Below, in pieces: positions 27,060 through 42,202 of a stretch of DNA of 64,000 bases. This DNA is from Eledone cirrhosa (lineage: Eukaryota). The stretch covers positions 7,874,001 to 7,938,000 of the forward strand of contig OZ024746.1 in the NCBI GenBank assembly GCA_964016885.1, given 5' to 3'. The notes under the pieces were generated by a model. It searched no databases and was not told the origin of the DNA. It saw only the letters and a list, made by a program, of their open reading frames with translations. A program made the position numbers and the translations under genes. Every line of letters starts with the position of its first letter. Positions within the stretch are counted from its first letter, which is position 1.

Positions 27060-27790
27060 AGACACACAAGGAATACCAAACACAGAGGAAACCAACGCCA
27101 TAAATTAGATTTCTGAGAGAGTTAGAGAAGCCATCCGCCGCAGAACAACATGTGGCCTGCTACAAATAACACAATTGTGATATATGAGGGTTGACCTGGG
27201 AGCAAGGCAGCAATTTCTCTAAGTTGTATTGACAACCCTGAGACCAGATGTAGTTCCATGGTCTGAAAATGAAAAAAGATAATCCTGATTGAATTCACAG
27301 TCCGATGAGAAGAGCATGGCTGCATCTTTAAGTGAAAGAATGTTAAGTAACAAGAACTTGTGGAAGTGTGCAAGGAGAAACGATGGCAAGTGTGGTTATT
27401 TTAAGTTGAGGTGAGCTGTAGGAAGTCCTCAACTCAATCAGTATGGAGAATGCTTACTACTATTAAAATGGCAGGGAGAGGAGGTTGTAATTCACAGGAT
27501 AAAGGAGGTAGCAGAAAGGGCCACAGTTCACAGGATAGGGGAGGCAGCAGAAAGGGCCACAGTTCACAGGATAAAGGAGGTAGCAGAAAGGGTCACAATT
27601 CACAGGATAGGGGAGGCAGCAGAAAGGGCCACAGTTCACAGGATAGAGGAGGCAGCAGAAAGGGCCACTTTGGAGCAGGAAAGATGAGATAAACTAGAAG
27701 CCAGGAGGAAAAGATAGGCAGTGACTTGATCATCATTGTTGACCAAGGAACATTGGACATTATCTGATCACATTAGTTACCTCCTGGCCA
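27060..27790 (+). mobile_element. HERO/R2-superfamily (RLE) non-LTR retrotransposon 3' fragment, degenerate
   Basis: Translation MRVDLGARQQFL*VVLTTLRPDVVPWSENEK / KIILIEFTVR*EE..K*QELVEVCKEKRWQVWLF*VEVSCRK..QSVWRML..VHRIGEAAERA..WSRKDE resembles the HERO RLE pattern (LRPD.V.WS, IELTVPWE, KY.LV..C...W, EVGCRG, AE.AS.W.W). Confidence 0.75.
27491..27668. repeat. 36-bp x5 tandem repeat inside the HERO-like fragment
   Basis: TTCACAGGAT at 27491, 27527, 27563, 27599 and 27635. Confidence 0.92.
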
Positions 27791-29299
27791 AGACTATGTT
27801 TACTGAAGGTGAATGAATGTAAGTCATTTTCTTTAAGATGTAATTACACTTACATAAGATTATAAGGGTGGATGAACTCCTCAGGGTCAATGGCCACCCA
27901 CGCCAACTATGGGTTAAATAGCTTCACCGACCTACAATTGGCTAAGTGTGGTGAGGATGGCAACACCCCTGAAGACATGACTAAAACCATACAGAAAGCA
28001 ATGGAGATGAACTAAGGAGGGGTTCCTCCAACAGGAGTGACAAGGCCCTGGATTGGGAGAACTCAGTTGTCTTTCTCAATGTCCCTTTATAATGGCTGTT
28101 GTATCAAAATAAAATTAAAAAAAATGCAATAGTTTATAAAGTAACAGAGATATCTTCCTCAAAGCCCCTAAATAATAGCTGATATTTCTACAAAAAAGAA
28201 AAAGAAATAAGAAAGAAAAAAATGCAGTAGTTTATGAAATAACCTAGATATCTTTCTCAAAACTAGATACTAATTGATGGCTGCTATATAGATAACCTAG
28301 CTGATGTCTTACTGGATGTCACTAAAAGATAACCTCCATTTCAACTAACCACAGTAGTTTATAAGATAACATTGAAAGATGTTTTCTCAAAGCCACCAAC
28401 TCATGGCTGCTCTTTCCACAAACCATAACAGTTTATAAAGAAAAAAATAAATTCCAACAAGCATTGCTTAAGATGACAAGACTGTAGCCTTGACATTTGC
28501 ACTCTTTTTCTGGCTGATAAGATTGATGCAGATTTATATTTAGCTTGAACACATCTAAGATGGCATGAGTAAGCAAAACATGGAGCAACGGGGTTGAGAG
28601 AATTATAGAAGGTTGGACATTTGTTCTGCAAAGGAAGGTTTGGTAAAAGTGGTTAGAAATGGCACATGAGCAGTGAGACACAGTAAAGGGGACAAAGGGA
28701 TGAAAGACAGGTGTTATGGTTAGTTAGAGAGGCTTTTTTGGTAGAGCTAGTATGTTAGTAGTTAGTTGTGAAGAACACAGATTGTAGTAATAGCGAGAGG
28801 AAGGAGTTAGTTGTGAAGAACAGAGGTAATAGTGAGAGGAAGGAGTTAGTTGTGAAGAACAGAGGTTGTAGTAATAGTGAGAGAATAACGAGAGGAAGGA
28901 GACAGTACACCTATAGGCCAGAAGTTGTAGTAAGGAGCAGATTAAGTTTTTTTAAGCCCTAAAAACACTTAAAATGTTATGAAGCCTCTTCATTTATAAA
29001 GTAAAGTCTGCAAAAAAAACAAAAACTGTGGTGGTGGTAATAGTAGTAGTATCACAGATGTGGGAACAGTTTTTCATCATGGGATCTTTCTTGTGTTTTT
29101 TAGTGGGTCAGCAACTGATCCAAGCTGAAGTATTTTCAGATCATTTTTTGGACATTGCCTTTGCTTGTCTGGTATTATTGGAGTTATCTCCACTGGTTCT
29201 TGAAAGCGAGTTTTTGTCTACTAAATTACATGGATAGCCTCAGTTACAGAAAGATTTTCAACTCACATTATTACATACGTAAAACCATACCATCACGGT

Positions 29300-29478
29300 T
29301 GTGATGGTGACACAGCAAAAAGCACCCAGCACACACTGTAAAGTGGTTGCCATTAGGAAGGACATCTAGCACTAGAAATCAAGCCAGACACAGGACCCAA
29401 CATGCCTCAAATGGGACGACCTGTCAAACCCATGCTAGCATAGAAAAATGGATGTTAAACCGTGATGATGATGATGAT
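29300..29478 (+). mobile_element. SINE 3' half with (GAT)n tail
   Basis: AAAAAGCACCCAGCACACACTGTAAAGTGGTTG..AGGAAGGACATC..ATGGATGTTAAAC+(GAT)n, similar to 9080-9243. Confidence 0.7.
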
Positions 29479-29492
29479 ATGTAGAAGGCCCT

Positions 29493-31848
29493 TTGATTCT
29501 ATAGCACCAGAGATTGTGACACAGCCAACCAGTTTAAAGTTGATTCTATAACACCAGAGGTTGTGACACAGCCAACCAGTCTAACATTGATTCTGTAGAC
29601 CAGAGATTGTGACACAGCCAACCAGTGTCATGTTTATTCTATAGCATCAGAGGTTGTGACACAGCCAACCAATGTCATGTTTATTCTATAGCATCAGAGG
29701 TTGTGACACAGCCAACCAGTGTCATGTTTATTCTATAGCATCAGAGGTTGTGACACAGCCAACCAGTGTCATGTTTATTCTGTAGCACCAGAGGTTGTGA
29801 CACAGCCAACCAGTGTCATGTTTATTCTGTAGCACCAGAGGTTGTGACACAGCCAACCAGTGTCATGTTTATTCTGTAGCACCAGAGGTTGTGACACAGC
29901 CAACCAGTCTAACGTTGATTCTATACCAGAGGTTGTGACACAGCCAACCAGTGTCATGTTTATTCTGTAGCACCAGAGGTTGTGACACAGCCAACCAGTC
30001 TAACGTTGATTCTATAACACCAGAGGTTGTGACAGCCAACCAGTGTCATGTTTATTCTGTAGCACCAGAGGTTGTGACACAGCCAACCAATGTCATGTTT
30101 ATTCTATAGCATCAGAGGTTGTGACACAGCCAACTAGTGTCATGTTTATTCTGTAGCATCAGAGGTTGTGACACAGCCAACCAGTGTCATGTTTATTCTG
30201 TAGCATCAGAGGTTGTGACACAGCCAACCAGTGTCATGTTTATTCTATAGTACCAGAGGTTGTGACACAGCCAACCAGTGTCATGTTTATTCTATAGCAT
30301 CAGAGGTTGTGACACAGCCAACCAATGTCATGTTTATTCTATAGCATCAGAGGTTGTGACACAGCCAACCAATGTCATGTTTATTCTATAGCATCAGAGG
30401 TTGTGACACAGCCAACCAATGTCATGTTTATTCTATAGCACCAGAGGTTGTGACACAGCCAACCAATGTCATGTTTATTCTATAGCATCAGAGGTTGTGA
30501 CACAGCCAACCAATGTCATGTTTATTCTATAGCATCAGAGGTTGTGACACAGCCAACCAGTGTCATGTTTATTCTGTAGCACCAGAGGTTGTGACACAGC
30601 CAACCAGTGTCATGTTTATTCTGTAGCACCAGAGGTTGTGACACAGCCAACCAGTGTCATGTTTATTCTGTAGCACCAGAGGTTGTGACACAGCCAACCA
30701 GTCTAACGTTGATTCTATACCAGAGGTTGTGACACAGCCAACCAGTGTCATGTTTATTCTGTAGCACCAGAGGTTGTGACACAGCCAACCAGTCTAACGT
30801 TGATTCTATAACACCAGAGGTTGTGACAGCCAACCAGTGTCATGTTTATTCTGTAGCACCAGAGGTTGTGACACAGCCAACCAATGTCATGTTTATTCTA
30901 TAGCATCAGAGGTTGTGACACAGCCAACTAGTGTCATGTTTATTCTGTAGCATCAGAGGTTGTGACACAGCCAACCAGTGTCATGTTTATTCTGTAGCAT
31001 CAGAGGTTGTGACACAGCCAACCAGTGTCATGTTTATTCTATAGTACCAGAGGTTGTGACACAGCCAACCAGTGTCATGTTTATTCTATAGCATCAGAGG
31101 TTGTGACACAGCCAACCAATGTCATGTTTATTCTATAGCATCAGAGGTTGTGACACAGCCAACCAATGTCATGTTTATTCTATAGCATCAGAGGTTGTGA
31201 CACAGCCAACCAATGTCATGTTTATTCTATAGCACCAGAGGTTGTGACACAGCCAACCAATGTCATGTTTATTCTATAGCATCAGAGGTTGTGACACAGC
31301 CAACCAATGTCATGTTTATTCTATAGCATCAGAGGTTGTGACACAGCCAACCAATGTCATGTTTATTCTGTAGCACCAGAGGTTGTGACACAGCCAACCA
31401 ATGTCATGTTTATTCTGTAGCACCAGAGGTTGTGACACAGCCAACCAATGTCATGTTTATTCTATAGCATCAGAGGTTGTGACACAGCCAACCAATGTCA
31501 TGTTTATTCTGTAGCACCAGAGGTTGTGACACAGCCAACCAATGTCATGTTTATTCTATAACACCAGAGGTTGTGACACAGCCAACCAATGTCATGTTTA
31601 TTCTATAGCACCAGAGGTTGTGACACAGCCAACCAGTGTCATGTTTATTCTATAGCACCAGAGGTTGTGACACAGCCAACCAGTGTCATGTTTATTCTAT
31701 AGCACCAGAGGTTGTGACACAGCCAACCAGTGTCATGTTTATTCTATAGCACCAGAGGTTGTGACACAGCCAACCAGTGTCATGTTTATTCTATAGCACC
31801 AGAGGTTGTGACACAGCCAACCAGTGTCATGTTTATTCTATAGCATCA
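29493..31848. repeat. 47-bp minisatellite (TTATTCTATAGCATCAGAGGTTGTGACACAGCCAACCAGTGTCATGT)n, about 50 units
   Basis: Directly visible; contains a 794-bp block duplication. Confidence 0.97.
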
Positions 31849-31914
31849 CTTCAATTGATTCTTAAACAAGTATGATAGAAGGAATAAAGCAAGAAAACTT
31901 GTAGTTGTTTTCAG

Positions 31915-32075
31915 AGCATCAGCTAGAATGGCTGACATTCTTTGTTCTGGTTCTTTGTTTTGAGTTTAAATCCTGTTGAGGTCAACTTTGCCTTTCATGT
32001 TTGTGTGTGGAAGATGGAGGTTAATAAATATTAACCCAGTATTTGATTGGTACTTCATTTATTGACTTTCATTCT
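31915..32075 (+). mobile_element. Degenerate tRNA-SINE (family of 49007-49177)
   Basis: GAGTTTAAATCC B-box followed by GAGGTCAACTTTGCCTTTCAT. Confidence 0.6.
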
Positions 32076-32099
32076 TTACCTCTCTCTCCCTTACACACA

Positions 32100-35000
32100 A
32101 ATCAATCACCCCACATACCACCACCACCATTACCAATCACCCTACATACCACCACCACCACCATTACCAATCACCCTACATACCACCACCACCACCATTA
32201 CCAATCACCCTACATACCACCACCACCACCACCATTACCAATCACCCAACATACCACCACCACCACCACCACCACCGTTACCAATCACCCTACATACCAC
32301 CACCACCACCACCATTACCAATCACCCTACATACCACCACCACCACCACCATTACCAATCACCCTACATACCACCACCACCACCATTACCAATCACCCTA
32401 CATACCACCACCACCACCATTACCAATCACCCTACATACCACCACCACCACCACCATTACCAATCACCCAACATACCACCACCACCACCACCACCACCGT
32501 TACCAATCACCCTACATACCACCACCACCACCACCATTACCAATCACCCTACATACCACCACCACCACCACCATTACCAATCACCCTACATACCACCACC
32601 ACCACCATTACCAATCACCCAACATACCACCACCACCACCACCATTACCAATCACCCTACATACCACCACCACCACCACCACCACCGTTACCAATCACCC
32701 TACATACCACCACCACCACCACCATTACCAATCACCCTACATACCACCACCACCACCATTACCAATCACCCTACATACCACCACCACCACCAATACCAAT
32801 CACCCTACATACCACCACCACCATTACCAATCACCCTACATACCACCACCACCACCAATACCAATCACCCTACATACCACCACCACCACCAATACCAATC
32901 ACCCTACATACCACCACCACCACCATTACCAATCACCCTACATACCACCACCACCACCATTACCAATCACCCTACATACCACCACCACCACCATTACCAA
33001 TCACCCTACATACCACCACCACCACCACCATTACCAATCACCCTACATACCACCACCACCACCATTACCAATCACCCTACATACCACCACCACCACCACC
33101 ATTACCAATCACCCTACATACCACCACCACCACCATTACCAATCACCCTACATACCACCACCACCACCATTACCAATCACCCTACATACCACCACCACCA
33201 CCACCATTACCAATCACCCTACATACCACCACCACCACCACCATTACCAATCACCCTACATACCACCACCACCACCATTACCAATCACCCTACATACCAC
33301 CACCACCACCATTACCAATCACCCTACATACCACCACCACCACCAATACCAATCACCCTACATACCACCACCACCATTACCAATCACCCTACATACCACC
33401 ACCACCACCAATACCAATCACCCTACATACCACCACCACCATTACCAATCACCCTACATACCACCACCACCATTACCAATCACCCTACATACCACCACCA
33501 CCACCACCATTACCAATCACCCTACATACCACCACCACCACCATTACCAATCACCCTACATACCACCACCACCACCATTACCAATCACCCTACATACCAC
33601 CACCACCACCAATACCAATCACCCTACATACCACCACCACCATTACCAATCACCCTACATACCACCACCACCATTACCAATCACCCTACATACCACCACC
33701 ACCACCACCATTACCAATCACCCTACATACCACCACCACCACCATTACCAATCACCCTACATACCACCACCACCACCACCATTACCAATCACCCTACATA
33801 CCACCACCACCACCATTACCAATCACCCTACATACCACCACCACCACCATTACCAATCACCCTACATACCACCACCACCACCATTACCAATCACCCTACA
33901 TACCACCACCACCACCACCAATACCAATCACCCTACATACCACCACCACCACCACCATTACCAATCACCCTACATACCACCACCACCACCACCAATACCA
34001 ATCACCCTACATACCACCACCACCACCACCATTACCAATCACCCTACATACCACCACCACCACCAATACCAATCACCCTACATACCACCATTACCAATCA
34101 CCCTACATACCACCACCACCACCATTACCAATCACCCTACATACCACCACCACCACCAATACCAATCACCCTACATACCACCACCACCATTACCAATCAC
34201 CCTACATACCACCACCACCACCAATACCAATCACCTTACATACCACCACCACCACCAATACCAATCACCCTACATACCACCACCACCATTACCAATCACC
34301 CTACATACCACCACCACCACCAATACCAATCACCCTACATACCACCACCACCACCATTACCAATCACCCTACATACCACCACCACCACCAATACCAATCA
34401 CCCTACATACCACCACCACCACCAATACCAATCACCCTACATACCACCACCACCACCATTACCAATCACCCTACATACCACCACCACCACCATTACCAAT
34501 CACCCTACATACCACCACCACCATTACCAATCACCCTACATACCACCACCACCACCAATACCAATCACCCTACATACCACCACCACCACCAATACCAATC
34601 ACCCTACATACCACCACCACCACCAATACCAATCACCCTACATACCACCACCACCACCAATACCAATCACCCTACATACCACCACCACCATTACCAATCA
34701 CCCTACATACCACCACCACCATTACCAATCACCCTACATACCACCACCACCACCACCAATACCAATCACCCTACATACCACCACCACCATTACCAATCAC
34801 CCTACATACCACCACCACCACCAATACCAATCACCCTACATACCACCACCACCATTACCAATCACCCTACATACCACCACCACCACCATTACCAATCACC
34901 CTACATACCACCACCACCATTACCAATCACCCAACATACCACCACCACCACCACCACCAATACCAATCACCCTACATACCACCACCACCATTACCAATCA

Positions 35001-38000
35001 CCCTACATACCACCACCACCACCATTACCAATCACCCTACATACCACCACCACCACCATTACCAATCACCCTACATACCACCACCACCATTACCAATCAC
35101 CCAACATACCACCACCACCACCACCAATACCAATCACCCTACATACCACCACCACCATTACCAATCACCCAACATACCACCACCACCATTACCAATCACC
35201 CTACATACCACCACCACCACCAATACCAATCACCCTACATACCACCACCACCACCATTACCAATCACCCTACATACCACCACCACCACCAATACCAATCA
35301 CCCTACATACCACCACCACCACCAATACCAATCACCCTACATACCACCACCACCACCATTACCAATCACCCTACATACCACCACCACCACCATTACCAAT
35401 CACCCTACATACCACCACCACCACCAATACCAATCACCCTACATACCACCACCACCACCAATACCAATCACCCTACATACCACCACCACCACCAATACCA
35501 ATCACCCTACATACCACCACCACCATTACCAATCACCCTACATACCACCACCACCACCAATACCAATCACCCTACATACCACCACCACCATTACCAATCA
35601 CCCTACATACCACCACCACCACCAATACCAATCACCCTACATACCACCACCACCACCATTACCAATCACCCTACATACCACCACCACCACCAATACCAAT
35701 CACCCTACATACCACCACCACCACCATTACCAATCACCCAACATACCACCACCACCACCACCACCAATACCAATCACCCTACATACCACCACCACCATTA
35801 CCAATCACCCTACATACCACCACCACCACCATTACCAATCACCCTACATACCACCACCACCACCATTACCAATCACCCTACATACCACCACCACCATTAC
35901 CAATCACCCAACATACCACCACCACCACCACCACCAATACCAATCACCCTACATACCACCACCACCATTACCAATCACCCAACATACCACCACCACCACC
36001 ACCAATACCAATCACCCTACATACCACCACCACCAATACCAATCACCCTACATACCACCACCACCATTACCAATCACCCTACATACCACCACCACCACCA
36101 ATACCAATCACCCTACATACCACCACCACCACCATTACCAATCACCCAACATACCACCACCACCAATACCAATCACCCTACATACCACCACCACCATTAC
36201 CAATCACCCTACATACCACCACCACCACCAATACCAATCACCCTACATACCACCACCACCACCAATACCAATCACCCTACATACCACCACCACCAACATT
36301 ACCAATCACCCTGCATACCACCACCACCACCATTACCAATCACCCTACATACCACCACCACCATTACCAATCACCCAACATACCACCACCACCACCACCA
36401 ATACCAATCACCCTACATACCACCACCACCACCATTACCAATCACCCTACATACCACCACCACCATTACCAATCACCCTACATACCACCACCACCACCAA
36501 TACCAATCACCCTACATACCACCACCACCACCATTACCAATCACCCTACATACCACCACCACCACCATTACCAATCACCCTACATACCACCACCACCATT
36601 ACCAATCACCCAACATACCACCACCACCACCACCATTACCAATCACCCTACATACCACCACCACCAATACCAATCACCCTACATACCACCACCACCATTA
36701 CCAATCACCCTACATACCACCACCACCACCAATACCAATCACCCTACATACCACCACCACCACCATTACCAATCACCCTACATACCACCACCACCACCAT
36801 TACCAATCACCCTACATACCACCACCACCACCACCATTACCAATCACCCTACATACCACCACCACCAATACCAATCACCCTACATACCACCACCACCACC
36901 ACCATTACCAATCACCCTACATACCACCACCACCACCACCATTACCAATCACCCTACATACCACCACCACCACCAATACCAATCACCCTACATACCACCA
37001 CCACCACCACCATTACCAATCACCCTACATACCACCACCACCATTACCAATCACCCTACATACCACCACCACCATTACCAATCACCCTACGTACCACCAC
37101 CACCAATACCAATCACCCTACATACCACCACCACCACCACCATTACCAATCACCCTACATACCACCACCACCACCACCATTACCAATCACCCTACATACC
37201 ACCACCACCACCAATACCAATCACCCTACATACCACCACCACCACCACCATTACCAATCACCCTACATACCACCACCACCATTACCAATCACCCTACATA
37301 CCACCACCACCATTACCAATCACCCTACGTACCACCACCACCAATACCAATCACCCTACATACCACCACCACCACCATTACCAATCACCCTACATACCAC
37401 CACCACCATTACCAATCACCCTACGTACCACCACCACCAATACCAATCACCCTACATACCACCACCACCATTACCAATCACCCTACATACCACCACCACC
37501 ATTACCAATCACCCTACATACCACCACCACCATTACCAATCACCCTACGTACCACCACCACCAATACCAATCACCCTACATACCACCACCACCACCAATA
37601 CCAATCACCCTACATACCACCACCACCACCACCATTACCAATCACCCTACATACCACCACCACCACCACCATTACCAATCACCCTACATACCACCACCAC
37701 CACCAATACCAATCACCCTACATACCACCACCACCACCACCACCAATACCAATCACCCTACATACCACCACCACCACCATTACCAATCACCCTACATACC
37801 ACCACCACCACCAATACCAATCACCCTACATACCACCACCACCACCATTACCAATCACCCTACATACCACCACCACCACCACCATTACCAATCACCCTAC
37901 ATACCACCACCACCACCAATACCAATCACCCTACATACCACCACCACCATTACCAATCACCCTACATACCACCACCACCACCACCATTACCAATCACCCT

Positions 38001-40245
38001 ACATACCACCACCACCACCAATACCAATCACCCTACATACCACCACCACCACCACCATTACCAATCACCCTACATACCACCACCACCACCATTACCAATC
38101 ACCCTACATACCACCACCACCATTACCAATCACCCTACATACCACCACCACCACCACCACCAATACCAATCACCCTACATACCACCACCACCACCATTAC
38201 CAATCACCCTACATACCACCACCACCACCACCACCATTACCAATCACCCTACATACCACCACCACCACCACCATTACCAATCACCCTACATACCACCACC
38301 ACCACCACCACCAATACCAATCACCCTACATACCACCACCACCATTACCAATCACCCTACATACCACCACCACCACCACCATTACCAATCACCCTACATA
38401 CCACCACCACCACCACCATTACCAATCACCCTACATACCACCACCACCACCACCATTACCAATCACCCTACATACCACCACCACCACCACCATTACCAAT
38501 CACCCTACATACCACCACCACCACCACCATTACCATTCACCCTACATACCACCACCACCATTACCAATCACCCTACATACCACCACCACCACCACCATTA
38601 CCAATCACCCTACATACCACCACCACCACCACCATTACCAATCACCCTACATACCACCACCACCACCACCATTACCAATCACCCTACATACCACCACCAC
38701 CACCACCATTACCAATCACCCTACATACCACCACCACCACCACCATTACCATTCACCCTACATACCACCACCACCATTACCAATCACCCTACATACCACC
38801 ACCACCACCACCAATACCAATCACCCTACATACCACCACCACCACCATTACCAATCACCCTACGTACCACCACCACCATTACCAATCACCCTACATACCA
38901 CCACCACCATTACCATTCACCCTACATACCACCACCACCATTACCAATCACCCTACATACCACCACCACCACCACCATTACCAATCACCCTACATACCAC
39001 CACCACCACCACCATTACCAATCACCCTACATACCACCACCACCACCACCATTACCAATCACCCTACATACCACCACCACCACCACCATTACCAATCACC
39101 CTACATACCACCACCACCACCACCATTACCATTCACCCTACATACCACCACCACCACCACCATTACCAATCACCCTACGTACCACCACCACCATTACCAA
39201 TCACCCTACATACCACCACCACCACCACCATTACCAATCACCCTACATACCACCACCACCACCATTACCAATCACCCTACATACCACCACCACCACCATT
39301 ACCAATCACCCTACATACCACCACCACCACCATTACCAATCACCCTACGTACCACCACCACCATTACCAATCACCCTACATACCACCACCACCACCACCA
39401 TTACCAATCACCCTACATACCACCACCACCATTACCAATCACCCTACATACCACCACCACCACCACCATTACCAATCACCCTACATACCACCACCACCAC
39501 CATTACCAATCACCCTACATACCACCACCACCACCACCATTACCAATCACCCTACATACCACCACCACCACCATTACCAATCACCCTACATACCACCACC
39601 ACCACCACCATTACCAATCACCCTACGTACCACCACCACCATTACCAATCACCCTACATACCACCACCACCACCATTACCAATCACCCTACATACCACCA
39701 CCACCATTACCAATCACCCTACGTACCACCACCACCACCATTACCAATCACCCTACGTACCACCACCACCAATACCAATCACCCTACGTACCACCACCAC
39801 CATTACCAATCACCCTACGTACCACCACCACCATTACCAATCACCCTACATACCACCACCACCATTACCAATCACCATACGTACCACCACCACCACCACC
39901 ATTACCAACCACCCTACATACCACCACCACCATTACCAATCACCATACGTACCACCACTACCACCACCATTACCAATCACCCTACGTACCACCACCACCA
40001 CCATTACCAATCACCCTACATACCACCACCACCACCATTACCAATCACCCTACATACCACCACCACCACCATTACCAATCACCCTACATACCACCACCAC
40101 CACCATTACCAATCACCCTACATACCACCACCACCACCACCATTACCAATCACCCTACATACCACCACCACCACCATTACCAATCACCCTACATACCACC
40201 ACCACCACCACCATTACCAATCACCCTACGTACCACCACTACCAT
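32100..40245. repeat. 8.1-kb compound minisatellite [TTACCAATCACCCTACATA(CCA)n]
   Basis: 19-bp core plus variable (CCA)n, mostly n=4-7; top strand almost devoid of G. Confidence 0.98.
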
Positions 40246-40576
40246 TCCATCTTCTCAAATGTGATTCTATAGATTGTTTCTGTTATTTTATACTCTACTA
40301 TTTTATCATCTCCACAAGATAAATATCTGTTGATGGTCCTTTAGTTCCTTTCTGTCTTAAAATGTAGCTTATAATGGCTAATATCACTTTACATTGAAAT
40401 CTTAGCAGATAAAATTGTATCAGATTCAATGAAATAATATCTTATTTTCTTCAATCAGAAGATTTATCAGACACACAATTATAACAAAGAAGAAGTTTAT
40501 TGCTGATTTGGATTTTTTCAGTTTAATATTTGTTATTACTAATATATAATAAAATGTTGTAGTTTGCTTGAAGTAT

Positions 40577-41404
40577 TGTGTATAGTATATACTATAGTGT
40601 ATAGTATATACTATAGTGTATAGTATATACTATAGTGTATAGTATATACTATAGTGTATAGTATATACTATAGTGTATAGTATATACTATAGTGTATAGT
40701 ATATATTATAGTGTATAGTATATACTATCGTGTATAGTATATACTATCGTGTATAGTATATACTATCGTGTATAGTATATACTATCGTGTATAGTATATA
40801 CTATCGTGTATAGTATATACTATCGTGTATAGTATATACTATCGTGTATAGTATATACTATCGTGTATAGTATATACTATCGTGTATAGTATATACTATC
40901 GTGTATAGTGTATACTATCGTGTATAGTGTATACTATCGTGTATAGTGTATACTATCGTGTATAGTGTATACTATCGTGTATAGTGTATACTATCGTGTA
41001 TAGTGTATACTATCGTGTATAGTGTATACTATCGTGTATAGTGTATACTATAGTGTATAGTGTATACTATAGTGTATAGTGTATACTATAGTGTATAGAG
41101 TATACTATAGTGTATAGTGTATACTATCGTGTATAGTAATACCACCACTATAGTATATAGTATACACTATACACTCTAGTATACACTATAGTATATACTT
41201 TAGTGTATAGTATATACTTTAGTGTATAGTATATACTTTAGTGTATAGTATATACTATAGTGTATAGTATATAGTATAGTGTATAGTATATAGTATAGTA
41301 TATAGTGTATAGTATATAGTATAGTGTATAGTATATAGTATAGTATATAGTGTATAGTATATAGTATAGTGTATAGTATAGTGTATAGTATAGTGTATAG
41401 TATA
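40577..41404. repeat. AT-rich 19-bp palindromic minisatellite (GTGTATAGTATATACTATA)n and derivatives
   Basis: The unit contains the perfect 16-bp palindrome TATAGTATATACTATA. Confidence 0.93.
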
Positions 41405-41689
41405 GCAAATGATGTTTAAGAAGACCAAGAGAATGTGAAATGGATGGTAAAATGAAGTAAAACGAAAAACTTTCTCACCTATTATTTATTATGCCTTATT
41501 TGTCCTAATATTTCGGGTCTTAAAAATCTCTTCGAAGTAATAAAACTGGAATGTTTTGCTTTGAGAGTTCCCCATACTCAAAACAACCATAGACCTCATT
41601 CACTTACCGAGTGGAGTAGAGCTTGTTAAATTGGACCGAGGAAACAATGTTTCCATTGGTCTTTCCATTCCTAATACTATATACCAGTC

Positions 41690-41820
41690 ACAACTCCTGG
41701 AAGTAGGAGCAATGTGAAATAAAGTGTCTTACTCAAGGACATAACACATCATCCAGTCCTGGAGTCGAACTCACAACCTCACGATTGTGAATCCAATTCT
41801 CTAACCACACAGCCACATGC
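41690..41820 (-). mobile_element. tRNA-derived SINE 5' portion
   Basis: Minus strand has A-box TGGCTGTGTGG, B-box GAGTTCGACTCC and core CCTTGAGTAAGACACTT. Confidence 0.75.
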
Positions 41821-42202
41821 CAGCTTTAATGATATAAATTATGGACCAAATCAGCTAAATCTTTGTAACACTTATCAACTGCATTGATCTAGAACTCTGT
41901 GGTGTTTACCAAATGTGGGAGGAAAAACCAACAAAAATAGACAAACAAGTGTCAACAAGCAAAAATCAATGAATAATAACGAGGTTGATCTATTTTCTTT
42001 GTGTGTGTTGTATGTACGTTCATGTGTGTAGGTGTGTGTATATGTGTATGTGGATATGTCTGCATGTGTGAGTATGTGTCCATGTGTGTGTGTGTGTGGG
42101 GGGGGGGTTAATATTTGTGGCCTGTTTCTTTAAACTTCTTTCATGCTGGTATGGATTAAATATTTATATAAATTCATCACCACCATCATCATCATCATTA
42201 GT

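Larger units (their letters stand above)
26010..28445. repeat. Old degenerate ~65-100-bp tandem array split by SINE and HERO-like insertions (blocks 26010-26378 and 28066-28445)
   Basis: A recurring consensus AGTAGTTTATAAAATAACC-AGATGTCTTTCTCAATGCCCCAGATAATGGCTGCTAT appears in both blocks. Confidence 0.7.

Noticed and set aside
32043-40322. 2759-aa and 2741-aa extensin/His-rich ORFs as genes
   Set aside because: They are by-products of a stop-free tandem repeat; all frames give the same cyclic peptide, unit length is not a multiple of 3, and there is no unique domain.
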